Shown here: piece after piece, positions 48,094-52,311 of the stretch | Layout of the letters: each line of letters starts with the position of its first letter | How positions within the stretch are numbered: position 1 is the stretch's first letter | NCBI RefSeq assembly: GCF_041956535.1 | Contig: NW_027192204.1 | Coordinates: 682,186 to 734,496, forward strand | DNA length: 52,311 bases | From: Calcarisporiella thermophila CBS 279.70 | Lineage: Eukaryota > Fungi > Calcarisporiellomycota | Direction: 5' to 3' | Notes under the pieces: generated by a model | What the model saw: the letters and a program-made list of their open reading frames with translations, nothing else | Databases searched by the model: none | What the model was told of the DNA's origin: nothing | Position numbers and translations under genes: made by a program

Positions 48094-49158
48094 TGTTGTC
48101 CAGCTAAAACTTGTGTTTATTTTAGTCATGTATTTAATAAATCCAATTATAGCAGGGATAGATAGAAAAACTATTCGAAAAATTTCGCTGTTTCAACCAT
48201 ACCATCTCTCTTGACTGACAACTACTGACTTCTGGTTAAAAGCTTAAGGGATGAAATACTGTCCGCAACCATCACAAAAACCATCATTCTGTTTCTCATC
48301 ATCCGAATTGGCGGAATATCCGCACTTATTACAAGTCCAGCTCTGCATAATCGAAATAGTTAAATTTACAATCGTTTGCCTACAAACAAATGTAAAGATT
48401 TCAATATTATTAAGGATACAAAAAATTTTGACCTAGATAGTCGTCAGTATGGACTAGTAGAGTAGTGCAAAAGACCGGTTAATACAAATACAAAGAAAAA
48501 AATGAGGAGATGCTATCTTAAATAATCTTCAAACTGGTGCATATTTTATCCGGCTGACTAACTTAGAAAGGCGGTATTTAGTTCACACATGACTACAAAA
48601 TATTTTTCTGAAACTAATATTTTAACCGATCCATATCATGGTTAAAATTCTCTATTGACATTTAAATATCCAAAATTATGCTAATATTTTTTTTGTATTA
48701 TTATCATATCTAGTATCACAGGTAGACTTAATTCTTTAATAAAGATTCTGTATATAATCTATTTATTAGTTCTAAAGGATAGGACTAAATAAATTGATGA
48801 AAATAATACAATCAAAAAAGTGAAGTGATGTAATTTTAGAGTTTACGGCGTAGAAACTTAATTGTAAGCCATGATATATAGTTTGCACCCGTCCCTAAAA
48901 GAAGATTTCATGTAGGATTTTAATTAGGTACAGTAGTCGTAGCTGTTTCTACAGACGTGATCGAAATATTGGGAGTGTTCACGCTCGATTTTTTGAATAA
49001 GCGCTTATTGCGATTATAAAACACTCCCAGCCAATCATGCACCGCTAATTTTTCTCGCTACGCTAGGGTTATTCACGCTCGATTTTTGGCGTTTTTGCGT
49101 TTTGCTTTTTGATCGCATTAATTTTACAAAAAGAATTGACATGTTTTAATCAATTGTC

Positions 49159-50337
49159 ATGCCATCACTCTCGGAAAGGGAGATTTTGGAAATTCTTATC
49201 GTGTAACATTTGATTCAACTTGAGGAAGCGGATGTGGATGACTATACTAGTTGGGATTTCGGTCTTTTCTTACTTTTCATTTACACCTCTCGATATTTAT
49301 CCCCAAGATCCTTGGTTCCCAAATCCCCCCATTTTCGCGATGATGTTCTTTTTCGCTTAGATGATGGGCGATTTCGTAGACAAGCTCGCATGTGCAAGCA
49401 AGCATTCGCTGCTCTGGTAATGATGTTAGAAAGAAATCCTTCCCTTCATTCAACTGGCCCTACGCAACAATTGCCGGTATGGGTACAACTGTTAATTTTT
49501 CTCCGCCGGCTTTCCAATGGCAATGATGTTTTCGATTTAGCCTCAAAATATTCGATCGCAGAAGGTACTGTCATCAAAGTCACAAAACGAATTACCCTCG
49601 CGATTGAATCACTACGCCCCGAATATGTTACCTGGCCAAATACTAGAAGAAAGGAGGAGATTAAAAACAAGTTCCTTGATATGAGTGGCTTTCCAGATGT
49701 AGTAGGAATTATAGATGGGACACATTTTCGTCTTAATTTCGCACCTAGCAAGGATCCCGAAACGTATTGGTCTCGAAAGAAAGAGTATGCAGTTCAGGCT
49801 CAATTAATTGTTGATTCGGATTTTCGCTTTATCGACTATGAAATTGGTTGGCCTGGGTCGGTCCATGACGCTAAAGTTTATGTGAATTCTCAATTTTTTC
49901 GGCAACGTGAGGTGTTACTGCATCCACCCGAATACATTATCGGTGACTCGGCTTATCCCATTTCACCTTTTTGCATCACGCCTTTTCGATCTCCACAAAA
50001 TCGCCAAGAGAGAATATTCAATACGATATTTTCAAGTAAAATTAGAAATATTATTGAAAGAGCTATTGGTCGGCTCAAGAACCACTTCCCCGCATTCTAT
50101 TCATTGTGCTTGAAGGGCATGGAGAGTAATTGTAGGCTGATACATTGTGGAATTATGTTGCACAATTTTGTTGAATCCTTTGGAGATGAGTGGGAGGTTG
50201 ATGAGGGGAATATATTGGAAGAAATGGATGATGAATTGACCTATAATATGGATTGTGACAGAAGTGCTCGTGCTTTGGGAAAAGAAAAGCGAAGCAACTT
50301 GTTGACAGAGGTGCTATTAAGAAACGGCTACGATTAA
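49159..50337 (+). CDS. Harbinger/HARBI1-type DDE transposase (DDE_Tnp_4); one premature TAA near the N-terminus
   Basis: GIIDGTH, GWPGSVHDA, IIGDSAYP, IERAIGRLK, CGIMLHNF. The upstream in-frame ATG at 49159 reads MPSLSEREILEILIV*HLIQ. Confidence 0.92.
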
Positions 50338-50722
50338 CCATTCAATGTATATATGACACAATACAAGGGTATTTATTTTGTTAAGCTTGGGTTCAATGTA
50401 CTAAATATTCGGGGTTGTAATTTATCATTTGATCATACTGTAATCACTTTCATAAATAATTCTTAATCAAATATAATTCGGTGCACTTTCCATAAAAATG
50501 TAGTAGGTGCTAACTGGTAATTCGGTTCCTTAGAAAGACTAGGATGCTTTATTGAATTGGACTTATGATTACCATACACGTACTAACACAATTACATTAC
50601 CAGTGAATTGTTCGGAAATTATTAGGAAATTAATATAGGTGAAGACAAGAGTTAAATGAATTAATGAGTTGAAGTTAATGGCTAAAAGTTAGATAGTACG
50701 AAAATGAACAAGCCGTTGTACT

Positions 50723-51698
50723 TTACTCATCCTCCTGCGCTCTATTTCTATTTAGCTTCTTCATTTCAATATCTAACCTCCTATTATTAAACTTAATTTC
50801 TTCAGTGATCCGAATTCTCTCCAACTCCATATTATTTCGTTCCAATTCTAGCTTTTGGTTAAGCAATCGTAACTTCTCTATCTCCGCCTCATAACTCAAG
50901 TGTGCCTGGCTTTCCTCTTTACGGCGCTTCGACTCCCTTTCGTCTGCCATTATTTTTACATATTCATTAAGTACTTCCATCGTATTCTTTGAACGTTTTC
51001 CACTAGATTTAGCAATTTGAGATTTTGTTCGATTGCTAACAGACGTTGGTGGGGTTGCCCACTCTACATCAGATACGTCCTCCGCGTCCTCAAAATGGCT
51101 CTCCTGGCTTGGGCCGACTTCATTATCCACCGTACTTATGTTGTTTTCTTCTCTATCAATATCGGAGAATATTTCAATGAGGCGCGTCGGATATACGTCC
51201 AATACAATTTTGTATTGTATCTAAAAAAATTAGTTTTCACCTTTCAACAGATTCACTGATAATTCTGCCTAGATTTTGACCATCTACACTGATAGCTGAG
51301 GTACTATACTCAGGCCCAGGAATCTTGTAGGAAGGCGACACATTCTCCCTTGATCCATGGTATCTTTCAAAATGATCACGGCGTTCAAACACTTGAACAT
51401 CTGATCCAGTCATGCCTTCTTTTTTCTCGACGGCTACCCAGAGTTTAAGGAGCGAGTCGTATTTGTTCTTGCACTGTTGTGTAGTAAAGCCGAGCTTATT
51501 TGACGTACGCTTCCATATCTCCATTTTAATCCCCTTAATATACGTATCCCAATGTTCTTCTACAATTGCGATCAATGTATCAATCTCCTTAGCTGTCCAT
51601 TTGGCTCGTCGATTGCCAGTCGCCGTATGTGAATGGAGAGATGAAGATGAAATTGAAACGCCCGTAGAGCTCAATGTAGAACCACTTCGTGTTTTCAT
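50723..51698 (-). CDS. Myb/SANT-like DNA-binding accessory protein of the Harbinger element (splice junction near 51221-51300 unresolved)
   Basis: KWTAKEIDTLI..IWKRTSNKL..TTQQCKNKYDSL trihelix motif, acidic linker and C-terminal coiled coil. Confidence 0.8.
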
Positions 51699-52289
51699 TT
51701 ACTAAAAAAAAGTAAAACGATTTTCTAATAAATCTTTTATAACCAGGCTGTATTAATGGAGCATTTTTTTTTTCCTTTCGTAATATAGTAGTTCATCTAT
51801 ATAGTTCTTTGAACCTTGTTATTTGAACCCTGGAGATTGTCTGGGCAACCCCTGTAATGTACTAAATCTTCATCATGCATAATTTAATGGAACTTCCCAC
51901 TGTGATAAAGATAAGATATTTTAACTTGTGAATCAAGTTATGATAAATTCGTTTCAGCCAAAAACGCGACTCGAGAGGTGATTATTTTTAAGCGATATTA
52001 CGATTTTCTGAGTATTCTGCTGAATCCAAATTAGCCAGTTAAAATGCAGGATTTCGCTTAATTTTAAGCGAATAATCAGAAAAATCGGTAGCGTGAACCA
52101 CCCCAATATCGGATTGATTTCAGCCAAATTTACTTACAGGGACTTTTTACAGGGTACTGGGAGAAGGGAAAATTTTGCATGTGGTTTCCAAAAAGAAGCA
52201 GCAAGAAAAGGAGTAATCATTGCATCAAAAATGAGGGCATTTGGATGTATATTGGTAGAACTATTAGATCTCAAAAGAAGAACATAATA

Positions 52290-52311
52290 TTAAAGATACA
52301 GTATGCCGCAT
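52290..52311 (-). repeat. Right terminal inverted repeat of the window
   Basis: TTAAAGATACAGTATGCCGCAT, the inverse of positions 1-22. Confidence 0.95.

Larger units (their letters stand above)
48971..52104. mobile_element. PIF/Harbinger-superfamily DNA transposon (transposase plus convergent Myb/SANT gene, imperfect TIRs)
   Basis: Left end GGGAGTGTTCACGCTCGATTTTT (second copy at 49066). Right end reverse complement GGGGTGGTTCACGCTACCGATTTT. Two-ORF layout diagnostic of the superfamily. Confidence 0.88.

Overview
AT-rich eukaryotic DNA with short GT-AG introns, most consistent with an early-diverging fungus (inference from gene content and intron style). The first 22 and last 22 bases are inverted repeats of each other (16 bp perfect, 21/22 overall). 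Either the whole 52 kb is one TIR-bounded unit, or it is the interval between two outward-lying Tc1/mariner-type ends. The left ~31 kb is an accessory-type gene island. It holds a GFA-family protein, an MFS (ACS family) permease, a three-exon tandem two-domain defensin missed by the ORF track, several small secreted Cys-rich proteins, a secreted tyrosinase and a knottin-plus-mucin-stalk protein. It also holds a large disrupted multidomain lectin/pore-forming-toxin-like gene, a hidden imine-reductase-like pseudogene, an NAD(P)H-binding reductase, a C-terminally short cystathionine beta-synthase, an SDR and a secreted GliT/sulfhydryl-oxidase-like enzyme. The right ~21 kb is mostly nested TE debris (Ty3/Gypsy pol, non-LTR 3' end, Tc1, solo LTRs) with a few orphan genes, ending in a near-complete two-gene PIF/Harbinger-type transposon. 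All calls were made by eye; no database searches were run.
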